From contig NC_092674.1 in the NCBI RefSeq assembly GCF_964355755.1, forward strand, positions 8,246,001-8,310,000: a stretch of DNA of 64,000 nt, given 5' to 3'. The notes under the pieces were generated by a model. It searched no databases and had not been told where the DNA came from. It worked only from the letters and a program-made list of their open reading frames with translations. This document shows, piece after piece, positions 47,586 through 62,460 of this stretch. The DNA comes from Antedon mediterranea (lineage: Eukaryota > Animalia > Echinodermata). The position numbers and the translations under genes are program-made. Every line of letters begins with the position of its first letter. Positions within the stretch are counted from its first letter, which is position 1.

Positions 47586-50500
47586 CCTATGTTTAACGTG
47601 CAAATAAGAGCCTTTTTTTTTTTTTAAATACCTACCTACTATCTTATTTCTCACTTTAACTTTCTAATCGAGCAATTATAAACATAAACATAAATCAGCT
47701 CAAATGTAATAAATTTTCTCTAATCACTAAACACTTTTTTTTTAAATGCGATTGGTAAATTTGACGAGTTAATCAAATGGAATAAAATCCTTGACAATTA
47801 CCAATCACACGATTGACTTGATGCATGCATCAACTTTTTAAATGTACATCTTAAATCTTGTATATTAATCTCCCGGCCATCATTCTTACTTATACATGAG
47901 TATCATGGTTGTTATAATATCAGATCTTCTTTCCATAATAACATTTTCTAAGAATTTTTTAGATTCAACAGAATTTAAGACCAAGGTTCATTAACCAATT
48001 CGTATTTATATATTATTCCATACTAATACATAACTGCGAACTTGGCTCTTTTGGTCTTCGACTTCGACATTTTTTTCTGTGTACGATTTGAAAGTTTTTG
48101 CTCTATGACAGAAAGTGTGAACTATTGACTAATTTAGGGCCAGAACAAACCAAATCAAATAATAATAATAAAATGAAATTTTCACTCCTCACACAATTGT
48201 GTGTGTATTTAATCATTTTGGGTTTTTCGTACCTTAAATGAATAATCAATTATTAAGATCATATCATTATATAAAATGAAAAGGGGTTTTTTCCAATAGA
48301 AATCAAATGTTTACTTCTGTTTTAAACCAACGATCGACTTCCACCATTATTTTCTGTTACTATTGATATTTGTATAAAAATTAACACAATCATTTATTTG
48401 AACCAGGAAAAATGGTATTCACTTGTGAATATCATATTGACCATACACTTCTCCAATATTTACGATATTTTAATGAGTATATTTAATACTTTCGGCTATT
48501 ATTGAACTTCTTTCATAGTAGTTAAGAAATATGAATTTGAATTAGTACAAAATATGACATTTGACCGGTCAACGACTGCCGGCAAATGTGTAATTGATTA
48601 ACAGTTATGATCCAAAATTCGTCAAACACGATGTGCCTTTCAATGAAGTTAATACAAAGATTGAATAATCATTTTGGCGCCAAAATCAACATAGCTGGTC
48701 CGTCTGATTGTGTGAGTGCCTTTAGAAAGTGTCAAAGTGCGATTACAGTGAGAACGTGTGTGGGATTACAGCCTGTCAAAATAAACCGAAGACTTTGATG
48801 ACGGACAAGATCTTGATGAAATTGTCTCGTGAGATTGATATACAAACTCTGTTTAAAGATTGATTTTAAGAATCTTCAAGGCTTCAGATAAGTTCTCTTT
48901 AAGCTACCCTAATCTTGCAGCAGTACTCATTAAATTTACTTCGTGTCACAAAATATGATGAATTATTAATAACGTCACACTTTAAAGAAACCCGAATAAT
49001 TTCACATTACACAGAAAAGGAAGCAAATCGATCGTACATTAATATTCGGATTATTCATTCTGTTCCTATTCATAAAATTTCGATCAATGGACTCCCTAAC
49101 AGAAGTTAAATTAGAGTAAAGGGTTTTCTGACGTCATAATAATTGTTGTGAATCTAATTTGCATAAATTTTCGCGCATATACGCGCAGTGAATTGTAATT
49201 CTCAAGTTTGATGAGTACAAAATTAAATTGCTATCATAAGGTATACAGATATTATGTATGATTTAATGGAATGTCAATTTTCTCCAAACACCAAAGAAAT
49301 ATCTTATCTCATCAAGAAGAAAGAAATCTAATAACACTGACCAGTAAACGTGTTTTAATAAAAGATATTTTTTAATGAGATAAGTTAAGATAATATATAG
49401 AGAAACCAAGATTAATTTAAATTAAATACTGCAAAAATAACTTCGATTAAGAGAAAGAAATTGGCAACAAATAAATGAAATTACATTATTCAAGATAAGA
49501 AACGTTGATGACAGCTAAAAGCAAGGTTCGATACGGTTCTGAATATTTCCAAATCGAGAATAACAGATTATAACACATTAGGCCGTGAATACTAACGGGG
49601 TCTAGGGTACCTTACATCATTATATACCCAGCACAATCAGCGTATGTCCCCTGGGAGCGTTTTGTCGAATGCTCTGAGAACAATTCGCATCAAGTTTCCT
49701 TTCCGGGTGAATAGACTGAGTACAAAGTAACAACTGGAATGGGTTTAACAATATGTACTATTTGTATGACAGACTGAGAAACTATGCCTTGGAGAAAAGT
49801 ATAGATATTGCTTTGCTTGGCAAAACGTAGTGTTAAAGAGAGGTGGTCTAATGTCTGTAGTTTTTGATGATAGATCCATTTGGAGCACTAACAACTAATT
49901 TTTCAAATCTTAAACATGGTGATCGTAGCACTGAAGATGGTGTGTAGTCTCATTCAGCTTAAAAGAGTTCTTTCACAATTGTGTTAAAACAATCATAAAG
50001 ATGATTTTCTTCATTTTATTTTGAAGGTACAGTAATTCAGTGTTCAGAAATGAAGAATTAATAATTCAAGATGCAAGCGTAAATGATGACTTCTACTAGT
50101 CTACTGTACTAAAGTTGTAGAGAGACATTCGGTTATGAATGGAATTGGAAAAAAATTATTTAAATCATGCAGTACACCACCACTAAGCTTACTTTAAAAT
50201 AAAACTTATCACGTAACATTCCGTAGTCAGTTTCGTTAGAGCTTTTGAAACAAATAAACGTCAATACACAATATAGCATCAGCCAGACATTGAAAAATAA
50301 ATTAGAGAGCATTGACCAAGAGAATACAAAGTCATAAAAAGATGATTGAATGAACGATATAAAAATTATATATTTTTTTTTATTAAAGATGTTCTTTTGA
50401 TTAAAATGACAGAAAAAAGATCATTTACTCTTCGGAAATATTAATGTGAGTTATTAATCAACGTGAAAGGCAAGACGAGAGAGAAATATTTTAATCAATT

Positions 50501-51797
50501 AAAATACAAACAAATTAAAATTGATGCAGACTATCTTTCGTGATTTGAATACTTCTACATGTGTGCTTTTACAATAGATAATTAGATAAAACAATGTTCA
50601 AGAATAGCTAATCAATTATTCCTCATGTGAGTAATGCAATTATTCTTATTAGAAAATATAATTAATACGAGCCCTCGCAAAACAACATTATTATTTTCTT
50701 TTTTGCTTTGTGGTAAGTATCCAAGAGTGGGCCAGTGTGACTACGTCCGGAACTTAATTTTACAAAAAAATTGGCGTGACACCAGTGTACTGATGTTTCT
50801 TGCTTTCTTAATCAGAAAATAATATGACTGTTCCAGTGTAATTGAGTTTGGAACATAATTTTCCAATATGTCATTATTTGGCGTGACACCAGCATCATAC
50901 TGATGATTCTTACTTGTTATAGTAATAATAATTTTTATCAGAAAGCCTGAGCCAGTGTAAGGGTTCTGAACATTTTTACAATTAGAACATAATATATCGT
51001 AACACTAGTGACACCGATGTATTTTTTTTATTCAGTATAAATATGCAAAAGAAAAACAAAACCGACACAGCGGTGACATGAGGCACCAAGGTATCTTTCT
51101 TATGTGTAACGTTTTACCAATGTAGGCCTAACCAGATTAGGTCTGTACTAAAATGTACTATTAGTTCCTGTCTAGGATAAGTTTACCCGTATACTAAAGA
51201 GCATACAGATATATTGAATTGAACATATAACAAACAAATTATATGCACAGACAGAAAAAAAACCATTAACACAGGCTAATAGCGTAGCAACTGTAAACAT
51301 ATCTACAACAACAAAATCGTTAACTCTCTTCTAAATGCTGTAAATGTAGGTTCCAATAATATAAACACACACAATCAGTAGCATAACTAACGTACTCAGA
51401 TTGACTGTGGGTTCTTAGACATAAGGCTTTGTATTAAGGGCTTTACAGAAATCTGCAGTAAAATCAGTCAATTTATCATCGATTTACGAAAGTTAAATTC
51501 TATCGACTCTTTTAGTAAAGTGCTCAACATAACCGTATACAGCTAGACGACCGCACTTTATTGCAATGAATAATTTAGGTTGATATAAAGGAAAGAAAGA
51601 GCAGAATAAAAACGACCAGAGTAGAATGAATAAGAAATGATTGATGTACTAGGTTGTGGTTTGTGACGATACATGATTCGAATGGGTGAGCGTCATAGCA
51701 TAACTGAATTATCCGGCTCATTACTTAAATTTATCCTGTCCGTGTAAATGAGTCGGAATAATAATTTAGGAAAACTAACATTCGCATAGTTTTTTCT

Positions 51798-51843
51798 TAA
51801 AGCTCTGTCTACACTATCAAACTTTACTTCAAATATGTGATGT
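51798..51843. mobile_element. MITE family B, single-end fragment
   Basis: TAAAGCTCTGTCTACACTATCAAACTTTA. Confidence 0.7.
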
Positions 51844-52858
51844 AATAAAAATGTAAATAAAATGCATATTCATTAATTACTGAAACAAATTTTTGTAATA
51901 ATTAAATTATTCTCAAATTGGAACAAAGTATTAATTAAGATAAATTACATTATCATTATGTATCCAATCACTTAAGAAAGAAAACAAATTGCTATAAATA
52001 TAAATGTATAAAAATAATGCACATTATATAACTATATACTTTCTATCATTATCATTACTATACAATGTTGCCGAAAGTTATAAACGGCGTCGTTTGGTAA
52101 CAATAATTGGACTATGATTTAAACATTCGGATAACAGTTAGTTCAGTGCCCGAAATTGTTGACGTCAGTCGATGAGAGTGGATCCTTTAAGCCAAACAGA
52201 TGTACTTGTTACGAATGTAAATTGTTTGTGTTAATTGATATGCTCTAAATGCGATGCAATCAGATCAATACATTGGCGTCCAACTACCGAGGAGTCATTT
52301 TGATAGTTGTAAGTTCAACTAATTTACATTCGGACATCCGAAGAGATTGTATTTTATATTTATATTTTTGTATTTTGCCAGTTTTCAATTCGCATTTCTT
52401 TTTTTTTTAAATGGACAATAAAGTATATATGACTATGAGATATGCTTATGCTGTTTAGGCCGAACGGAAGGCACCATACTGACATACACGTAATGAGCCT
52501 GCGCAGATTGACTGTCAGACTCAATATCTGCGTAGCCGAGTGGTGAAAACGAAACGTCACAATACAAACATAAAGTAATATTAATCTAGTTGCTACAGAT
52601 ATGAATTATTAATTATTAATCATAAAAAATCACGTTTGGGAAAACATATATAAAAACAAAGCAAAGTTATAGGATCATTCTTTTTATGAGGATTTACATA
52701 CTGTACTGTGAAAGTAACCGTCGCAATACATAAATAATGAGCATCTATAGAAGAACTAGGTCTAGTACGAATCATACCAGTATATATGAGACATTTTGAT
52801 ACCATGCTAGAATGCTGTTTTATACATTCATTTCAAGCCAATAAGTGGACACAATGCG

Positions 52859-53173
52859 TAAAGCTGTCTACACTATCAAACTGTTTGACAAAAAGAGTGT
52901 AACTGTAATGTGCCCAAATATGGTAGTGATATGCTCAAATATGGTAGAAGTATGACATCATCATGTCAATATATTGTCACATAAAGTTGGATCATGTAGA
53001 CAGGGCTTAATACTCTGTCTACACTATCAAACTTTATGTGACAAAAAATGTGATGTGCCCATATATGGACATGATAAAGTCATATTACCACCATATTTAG
53101 GCATATCACTACCATATTTGGGTACATCACACATTTTTATCACATAAAGTTTGATAATGTAGACAAGGCTTAA
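52859..53173. mobile_element. Two adjacent MITE family B copies sharing a TAA at about 53008-53010
   Basis: CTGTCTACACTATCAAAC...GTAGACAGGGCT-TAA-TACTCTGTCTACACTATCAAAC...GTAGACAAGGCT-TAA. Confidence 0.8.
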
Positions 53174-53336
53174 TGCTTGGTACTGTATAAGGTATTACCT
53201 GTACTCACTCGTATTCACTCTTTCATACATAATACCACTTGGGTATTACTTTACCGAGGCTCAAATTTACCCAATGCATTATTAGAGTTCATAACAGAGG
53301 ATAAGGGACGTTTGGTATACCATGGATAAGTGTCTC

Positions 53337-53656
53337 TATAATATACAAATAATGAATGTTTATGAGTGCAATGGTACAAATAATGGCACGAGGTGAATGA
53401 TGAAAGGTTATATCAACGAGGCAAAGCCGAGTTGATATAACCTTTCATCATTCACCAAGTGCCATTATTTGTACCATTACACGAATACAAAACATTCATT
53501 ATTTGTTTTATATAACATCTAGACGTTTTTTTTTCGTACACAAAAATGTTTCAAAAAGTACTATTTAACGATCGTTGAATAGTGCGTACTATTGCACGCC
53601 ATGTGACCCACATTCGTCCAATCAAATGACAGGAATTTATATAGGTGTTATATAAA
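53337..53656. mobile_element. Palindromic non-autonomous element: about 85-bp-arm hairpin at 53337-53514 plus a second inverted-repeat module
   Basis: Arms ...GGTGAATGATGAAAGGTTATATCAAC / GTTGATATAACCTTTCATCATTCACC around GAGGCAAAGCCGA; TTATATAACATCT (about 53508) is inverted with AGGTGTTATATAA (about 53655). Confidence 0.7.
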
Positions 53657-56600
53657 ACAACCTATTTCTTAATCAACAGTTGTTTAAATGAACTATGTAG
53701 GAATGTGTTACTTACTGGCTACATTTTTATAGTCGTGGCACATAATCTCTATCTTTCTCAAAAGTTGTCTCTGTATTATATTAACATACTTCGCCATACG
53801 TAGTGTAACCAAAAGTTAAGTAAATGCAGAGAAATTCACTTGAATTCCGTTAATATAGGACAAAAATCTTAGAATAAATCTTTGGTGCTCTAAAATATGG
53901 AGAAAATAAATGAACCGTTGCACAAGAAGAAACACAAATGTGCATGTTCATATCTGTGAATAATCCAGAACTTAGTTCAGATATTCGGTCCCTGACGAAA
54001 CTTGTTGTTTCATATACTTATTGTTACATGTATACAGGAAAATCCAACTAGCCTACAAAATAACACATTCTACCATTGCTACACCAACAACTCGATTTAG
54101 GAATTCACTTCAACCTTCAGCAGTCAGTGTATTTAATAAAAACAAACTTAGATAGGATTAATAGTATATACAGTACATTGTTGATAATGTTATTGTATTT
54201 TACATGCGTTGTAACTTTTTTTCTATTAACTAAGTGTATTCTTTTTCGCAACAAGAAGACAAATTTCATACTGTACTATCTTGGTTTGTATGACAATAAA
54301 AGATCTGAATCTGTATCTGTACCACTTTTCAGTCATTTCGAAGGAAGGGCAAGTTCACAAAGTTCCTATTCTAAATATTAACTATTCTTGTTATTACAGT
54401 AGTAGTAGCATTTTAAATAGATAGACCAGATTAATATTAGTATTATATTACCGTATGAACTTATTGCTCTTTTAAAAGTAGTTTTAAAGTAGCTTCAAGA
54501 TTCAGAGTTTTGGTGACACCTTTCACGCTTTTTAAATGGGGTATCACATTTCTTGAGCATAACTCCATAAAATGGTGAATAAATGGTATTTCTTTCACAT
54601 CACATTTGGAAAACTTAAATATATAACATATAGGCCATAATACTTAATATACCCACTCATGATTGGTGTAGCCTCACTATCAGAATTAAAAGCATACACC
54701 ACAAATACTTTCTACATCTTGAGAAACACTATTATACTTTAATCTGATGCATGTACCATCCTTTTAAAATGTCCAATTATATTGATAGATACATACGACG
54801 ACAATTATTTCTCGAAATTATATATATAATACGTCGTATGCACATACTATTAAATAGCGATTAATTTATATGCATATTTATACGTTATATTATTCAAGCA
54901 ACTCTTCAAGATCTACCAGTTTGAAACGCATAAATCTGAAAATACTCACGCATGCTTTATGGACTAATAAATACACACATGACGATAATATTATAACTAT
55001 ATATTCAACGGAGTTTCTATTATTAGGTAAATCAATCGTACATCTAGCATTAATTCACATTTCATACACATAATGCCGCTGGACTCGCTTCTATTAATAC
55101 TGTATTATATTATATTGCATTTGTATTTTGCCGAATACATTATATTACAATTTTATTACAATACATTAACGTTGTTGCTATGAGTTAGGTCTCCATCTTA
55201 CTGATAGGCAAAACATACACATAGCTTACAAGACACATAGCTGTATTACCTGGGAATACAATATATTATATTACAAGTATTTGTTTCATTATTATTCATT
55301 ATAGCATTTCATATAATATTACTATGTTTATCAACGATAAATATCAGGACATTTGCAAAACCGATAATGGTCACCTCAAGCCGGACACGAACGTGTCTTT
55401 TCTGGACCCGGGAGGCTACTGATTGATATGCCGACGTCGTTCCGATAATCGATACATTGGTATCGATTGCAGTTCAGTGATCTCAAAACTGTATAATCAT
55501 AATAGTAATGATAGTTTACAATTAATTAGAAATAATGGTGTTCAAATTTCTCAAGTGGCATTGCACTAGACGGATTATATTGCAGATTACATTGTATACT
55601 ACTATTATTACTAGGCCTAGTATTTAATGGGTAATAAGGCCTACTTATACGCTTGAATGTTGCCCCCCTCTTGGTATTGTTTGGTCCTTCCCACAATCGC
55701 ACACTTCAATTAATTAAGTGGTAGGCAACTTTAGTCCTACATTTATATAGCCATGGCACTCTTTTTACCAAGAGGTACTGTATGCATTAGGAATGACTGC
55801 GAAAATGACATTTTCTATTTAGTGGAAGGGATAACATATCCTGGACAAACAGTAAGATTACTCTCTAGGCCTAAGCAATGAAATAATATTGTATATTACG
55901 TAACAGAATTGATACTCAACATGCTTTTTAGCTATATCTTATTAGTCATGTAGCTCAACGTATTTGCATTAACCCACCTATGACCATGTTGAAATCTTTT
56001 CAAAACGTGCGTTATACATTCTAGTTTAACACAAACCAAGAATGACAGAAAGGCTAACCGACAAACTATCATTAAACACAGTAATGAACATAATGAATTT
56101 CGACCTTATTCCCTTTGGTGTTTTATCATTCTAAAATTCACCATTTTTTTCTATACTCTTCCTCTCATTATACTGTATACACTATACATTTAAGTTTCAA
56201 TATATCGCAATGCCTACATTTATTGTATATTGCTGCTCAGATATCGATTGTACCATTAACTATAGCATTTTTTTCAAAAAGCAAGTCGATTTACCTGCTT
56301 GACAGACCTTCAGGGAATAGCTAAATATCTCATCCAAACTGCTGTATCAAATTTATCTAACCATCATTCGGCCAATAATTCTACCCAACATAAACACTTA
56401 GTAAACAAACACCATTATATTAGACAAGTATAATTATTATCTTCTATGTGTGTTAACGGTTATTAATTTAGAAAACGGCACAAAATAAACAGAAAATACA
56501 CTATAAACTAACCTTTTACACTATCAAAATATCCCGAAGAAATCAACGCTGTGTATACATAACGTTCTCCCAGAGACTATGTGTTTGGCGTTACACGGCA

Positions 56601-59600
56601 GTCGTTGAAATAGTAATCGTTGATCTTATGATGACAGTAGGAATATTACATTATGTATCCGATAAAAGCATTCAGATACATTATTGTATATGATGGATTA
56701 GATGACACGTGCTAATTTTGCGTTATTAAATATGAAATATAAGCATGGATTGGTAGTCACATAAACAAAAATGTTCCACAAACAGCAGGAGTGTTGTCCA
56801 AATTACAAATATTATAACAACGGCAGATTGATTCTAAACATGTGAAATAACTGATATATGATAATATTTTTCGTTTATTTTATTATTTTCTTTTTTTGTA
56901 AAAACAATTTATAGATATTTTGTAGTGTTTTGACTTACATCTTGTATACAAATTATTCTCAACTTAATATTTGTTTATACAAATAATGTGGTTTCTTACG
57001 CAATATTTCTACGAGTTGTAAAATCAAACACATGTGTTAGTGACATAAATCGTCCAACTAGTATTCAAAGGATTGTGACCAAACAGAGAATGAAAGCTAT
57101 ATACGTAAACGGCGGCCGTCTCTATTTGGAGATATAAAATCTTACAGTGCCTAAAGCAACTTGGTTTTGTCAAGTATTACTGCCAGAATGAGATACTGAA
57201 ATACATCTAATTTATCTGACATTTGATGATGCTTAAAACACTAAATAATGCAACATTGTAACCTTTTAAACGTTAGCTAAGACAAAAAATACAGAAACCC
57301 TTACTTTCCGAAATTACAAAGAAAATCAGACTAGGCCTAATAAAACGACTGGGCCTTTTAGAATCTGGACGTTGTTATTTCAAATTGGCTTGTCGAAATA
57401 TTCACAAGGTTAACAAAATACAACAGTTTAATTCTAAACATAGGCACTGACGTGTTTGTGTACTTACCTGTCGAAGCACCTTTAAGTTTCAAAGTTTATG
57501 AAAAGTAGGCTCCCAACATGGACTTTCAGAATCTGGACGACTATGGGGCTATATTTATTATTTTAGTTCTTTCATTAACTACCAATAATATTAATAAAAG
57601 TCTCCGTTCGGTTTACGAAATGAAATAGGTTTAAACACGGGATCTGCATCCGTCTACTGAAACCGAGCTTTAAAGACCTTGTCTTAGATTTACACAATTG
57701 AGGTGGTCGAGAGAAACTAGTCACCCATAATCATCTCTGACTTAGGCTAAGTCTAGTTGTAGATTAAGCTCTCATACTTAATTTTGCAAATTGGTTAGAA
57801 AGTTATTGTACGCTATAGGCTAGTCGGTTAAAGTTCTATTTGTGATGAAAGAAGTGATAACTAGTAGAGCGCAGAGCCATAAATGTCCTACCTTAATTTC
57901 AGCAATGTTGAAATATTCACTCGACTATCGATCGAAAGTATTAAGACGTAGGCCTAATTCCTGGGTAGGCCTACCTAAAAGATGTCTTAGTTTTCTAGAT
58001 CTAGAAAACTAGGACTGGCCTAGGTAGGTAGGGCTTGCCTAAGATATCTTTAAGGTCACTCCAGTTTTATACCCTCCTCGATAGCCGAGCTGTAATATTC
58101 ATAACGTCAAAATAAAGACACAAATACACCTGAATAGTCACTAGTACTGCATCCATGTAACAACAATCTTAAAATATGTTAAGCTTTGTATAGTAGCTCT
58201 ACAAGTTTCAGACAAATACGTATTCCTCTATGACTATAAATCACCTACACCACTAGGTCTACTGAAGTTTATACTCAGATCGAATGTTTTTTTCTATTGC
58301 TGCTAGGGAACCCGTTGCGCGGAGAGTATACGTGTTTCTAAAGGTGGTCAAATCAGAAACGTATAATAGCGCGCGCCATGACAATCGCGTAATTATGGTA
58401 ACCGTCAACAAATATACATGGTAACCATTTTCTAATGTCAGCAGCGTAGGAGGCCTATTATTATTATTATTAGGGAAAACTATATCTAGTGTTGAGTTAC
58501 ATATAGCAGTTAGTACGTAGTCTATGTTATCGTCATGGTTAGTAGTAGCCCCACTCTTATTAGGTGAAACATTTTAATAAACGGCACTTAAATGACTGAA
58601 TATGGCCAAACAGAATGATCAAAACTAGGCCTATTCTGAAACTTAATTCAAATACAAATGGTACATATAAAACCTTCATAAACACAATTTCTACAGAACA
58701 AACTTATTATTATTATTAAAGCACTCCACATTTGATCGCATGATGGAACTACATATTATAATGAACTTATTATTTTTATATGAGCGTTTAATATATGTGG
58801 TATATTAAGTCTGCGTTTAGATATACAAATCACCTCAGACAGGATTTAAACTAGGAACGTTTTCTGTGACCATGATAATAGCATGCACGCATCTTTCTGA
58901 GCAGACACACTTTTATATTAATCTGTGATTTCATAAATATATAGAATAAGCAGATATATGTACTGCACAATAGCATTATTATGTTATTATGATGTAATGC
59001 AGATATATACCATTTAGCACTTTTATGTTAAGATTAGGTTAGGCTTACGGCTTATTATACAAGCATCATATGTGGTATGTGTGACACTGTATCACAGAAT
59101 GTGCCTATGGTACTGTACACATTTACTAGATACAGTACCTAGAATCAGTTAGTTAGTTCTAACACTTTGAACTGAAAACTGTAATTCGAAATAGTTTAAA
59201 AGAAAACAATCATTATTTTGTCAGGAAAAAATTAATTGAATACATTTCTGAGTTATGGTTTGATAAATCCAAGATAATGAATCAATAATATCCATATGTT
59301 ATATAGCTTCATGAATATTAATGAGCGCCTTGTAATTGTTCGATAAAAGCTCAAGCTAATGGACTATGAAATTACGAGTGTCCTTGCTTCTTTTTGTGAC
59401 TCATTAATGTACACTAAATATAAAGAAACGGAGTCGCATTTTACAGTAACAAACTAATTGATAACGCCTAACTAGTAAATACAAGAGAATAAACGATGGG
59501 AAGCAAACATCAATAGTCATTATCTTGTGAGAGAGGGATAATTGAATGAATGTAGAAAGGAACTAAAGTATTACAAATTAAAAACACCTTTATTTAACTT

Positions 59601-60865
59601 TTTGCGAAAATCAAGAAAGAAAACGAAAATACAAAATAGGAAAACAATTTGAATCATCGTATCACCTCAAACCAGGGAAAAAGAGAAATATTCACTAGCC
59701 TTTGCCAAACCATCCTGCCAAACCATCCTTCCCTAATATAACAAAGTGGGGGAAATAGTGGACAGTGTTAAATGTGGGAACATGTTAAAGAAGAGGAAGA
59801 GATCGAAAAGAAAATCTGCCTAAACCGGGATTGATGTTGTGGTCAAAAAAATTACAAATTATTGTAGCCTTCTTACGGTAAAACCGTTTAACGGTTTCAA
59901 TGTTTAACCACTTCTAATGGCTCCATCCACAAGTCAAAGTAACCTACTGCAAGGAATATCTTTGGATTATCTTGGAAATCTTAGTGAAAATGTAATACAG
60001 TCAATAGAAAAGGAAAAGTTAGAACAACCTTTTGAAGATAGCAAAAGATAGTGATATCCGGTAAAAATGTATACATAATACGATAATTACGATTCGGAGC
60101 TCGAACTGGTCGTAACTAGAATCATTCAAACCTCTTTGATGAAAACAACATGATACTTGGTAAAAAAACGATGTTCAACTTTCTTTAGAAGAATACGGAC
60201 ATAACTAAATTTATTAGTAAAGTAGAATCATATTTTACCACATGCCAAGATTGATTTCAATTCGAAGTCGTGATACCACAAATCTTCGCAAAAATCAAAG
60301 AAAAATTGAAGATTCTTGAGTAAAATTATATAAGACTAATCACAAATGCCTTGTAGCGACACGAATATTGAAACCAAGAACAAATGAAAGAGGAAAATGA
60401 CGAGCCACGACTGAAATGGAATAAACAATAAAATGCATCAAACCAATTTTGTATGCCATCAGCAGCGTTAGAATATAAATAACTTTGCTTTCACCGTTAT
60501 ATAATTTAACATGATGATTGATATTTCCACGTGTCGTGTTAAAAATATCATCAAGAAGATACTTTGTCGGAATGGCAGAGATATAATAATTGAACTGAAA
60601 GCTACAATTATTTACAATTCAATATCAGTCAGTATGTTGTAAACCTTTACAAATGACGCTCGTAAAAAAAAGTGGCGATGTGGAAAGTCGGCTTCACTGA
60701 ATGATTTCTTAAATTTCATAGCTAATCAATAAACAGAAATACTGTATAAGACCGTCTCAATTTAATGATGTTTTATTGGTATTACTGTACTTTAGTATAA
60801 AACCAATAAGACACTCAGGTAAGGCGGGAGCAGTGTATAAATGAAAGGAAGGAGCAATTCGGTTC

Positions 60866-61012
60866 TAAAGCTTGGTTCCCAACGGAAGGGTGTCAACGCT
60901 AGCGAGTTGACCAATGACAAGCAACAGTTCACATAATATATCGCGTGTGATTCGTCAATTCACTTACATTGTGTTACCTCCTTGTTTGTGGCTCTAGTGA
61001 GAACCAAGCTTT
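60866..61012. mobile_element. MITE family A, degraded copy
   Basis: TAAAGCTTGGTTCCCA ... CTAGTGAGAACCAAGCTTT; internal GACCAATGACAAGC shared with the 4802 copy. Confidence 0.75.
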
Positions 61013-61687
61013 CTACCAGAAGAATCGAACAACCATTGGCTGCATGTCATATAAAGTAAATGGAAACATGAATACGCGCATGCGTATAAACAAACGCTTT
61101 CGACTAGATAAGAAAGAGGAATATAGAGGATGGATATTAAATAAAATGTGTGGGATGTTGTAGAACAAACATAGAGTGAAATGGCATGTCAATTTTTGAA
61201 ATTGTACACACACTAAATTGGTTTAAACTGTTCAGTGGCGGTTTTGTAAAACAATAACGTAACAACATTCATTTGTCATCCGGGTTTGAAAGAAAATTTC
61301 GGGGAAAATAAGAAAATCAATTAAATCATTCTTTTTATGTAACAGTCATATCCTCGAGTCTACATGACAACCCAAATCAACTTCCCGCTCAGACAGTGTG
61401 AAACAAATGCATAGATGAATAAAAAATCCATTAAGTGGGGAAGACTTAAAAGGCATTCGTCCCACCAATATTCTAAACACGTGATTACGTTCACGCACGT
61501 CAATATTTAATGTCACTTATGGTTTACTAGTTAATATATAACAACCTATTGGATTATTTTATTTCAGCCAACATTTTAACAGTAAAGTGGACGGATTGTT
61601 TCTATGATAACTTGTACAGCTGACGTAATTTTAAGTTAGTAGGCCGATAAATGAGAACACTGTGCCGTGATTTTTGGATTATAGAAG

Positions 61688-62460
61688 AAACAAGGCCAAC
61701 AGCCATTAAGTCGCGTGCTACAATGCATAGTGATACCGGACCGACAGACAAACAGACCGACAGACAGACAGACCGACAGACAGACGGACCGACCGACATA
61801 GTGAACTATACTGACCGAAATTACTGAACATGTTTAAAAATGTTGAAATGTTTAAAAACATTTATATTTTTTTAATTTACACGTGCGTAGCCTGTCACAT
61901 TTGACGTGCTCGTATAACGTAATTTCGAGTTGAAAATTAAGTCAAGAAAACAGAAATCGGGCAAAAAGTGTGCGCATTAACATTTAACGCGCAGTGCGCG
62001 CGCAAAAATCTGCGCACTCATGGCAATTTTGTAAACGCTTAAAATTGCCTGAAACGTACTCTTATTTCATCGAAAATAAATTTTGAAAATTTTAAGCGCG
62101 CGTACGCATGCGTTACATGCGCTACGCACGTAATTGTATTGCCATATGATGATTTATGCCTTGAAATTTATGAGTACCAAATTTTATTTAATTGTGATTC
62201 ATGGTTGTTAAGATATGATTACAAACGTGATTTCGTTAAATCGTGCGTAGACCGCGTAATTTTTTATTGCGCACCGTGAAAACATAACCACATCGATTCC
62301 TGGCCATAAGGAATATTCTGTGAAAAATTGACTTAGCTAGATTAAACTGATATCAAGATAAGGTCATAAAGCGATAAAACGCATAGTGATACCGGACCGA
62401 CAGACAGACAGACAGACCGACAGACAGACAGACAGACCGACCGACCGACTTAGTGAACTA
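61688..62460 (-). mobile_element. HINE/DINE-1-like element, long form, missing the terminal hairpin
   Basis: Colinear and highly similar to 21716-22450 over about 750 bp. Confidence 0.8.

Noticed and set aside
49400-50400. Purine-rich stretch possibly an old Gypsy/Ginger integrase (MPWRKV-like peptide)
   Set aside because: Too many stops and frameshifts to support by eye; needs a translated profile search.
59340-60450. A-rich, coding-looking segment, possibly a decayed transposon ORF
   Set aside because: No sustained frame or recognisable motif.
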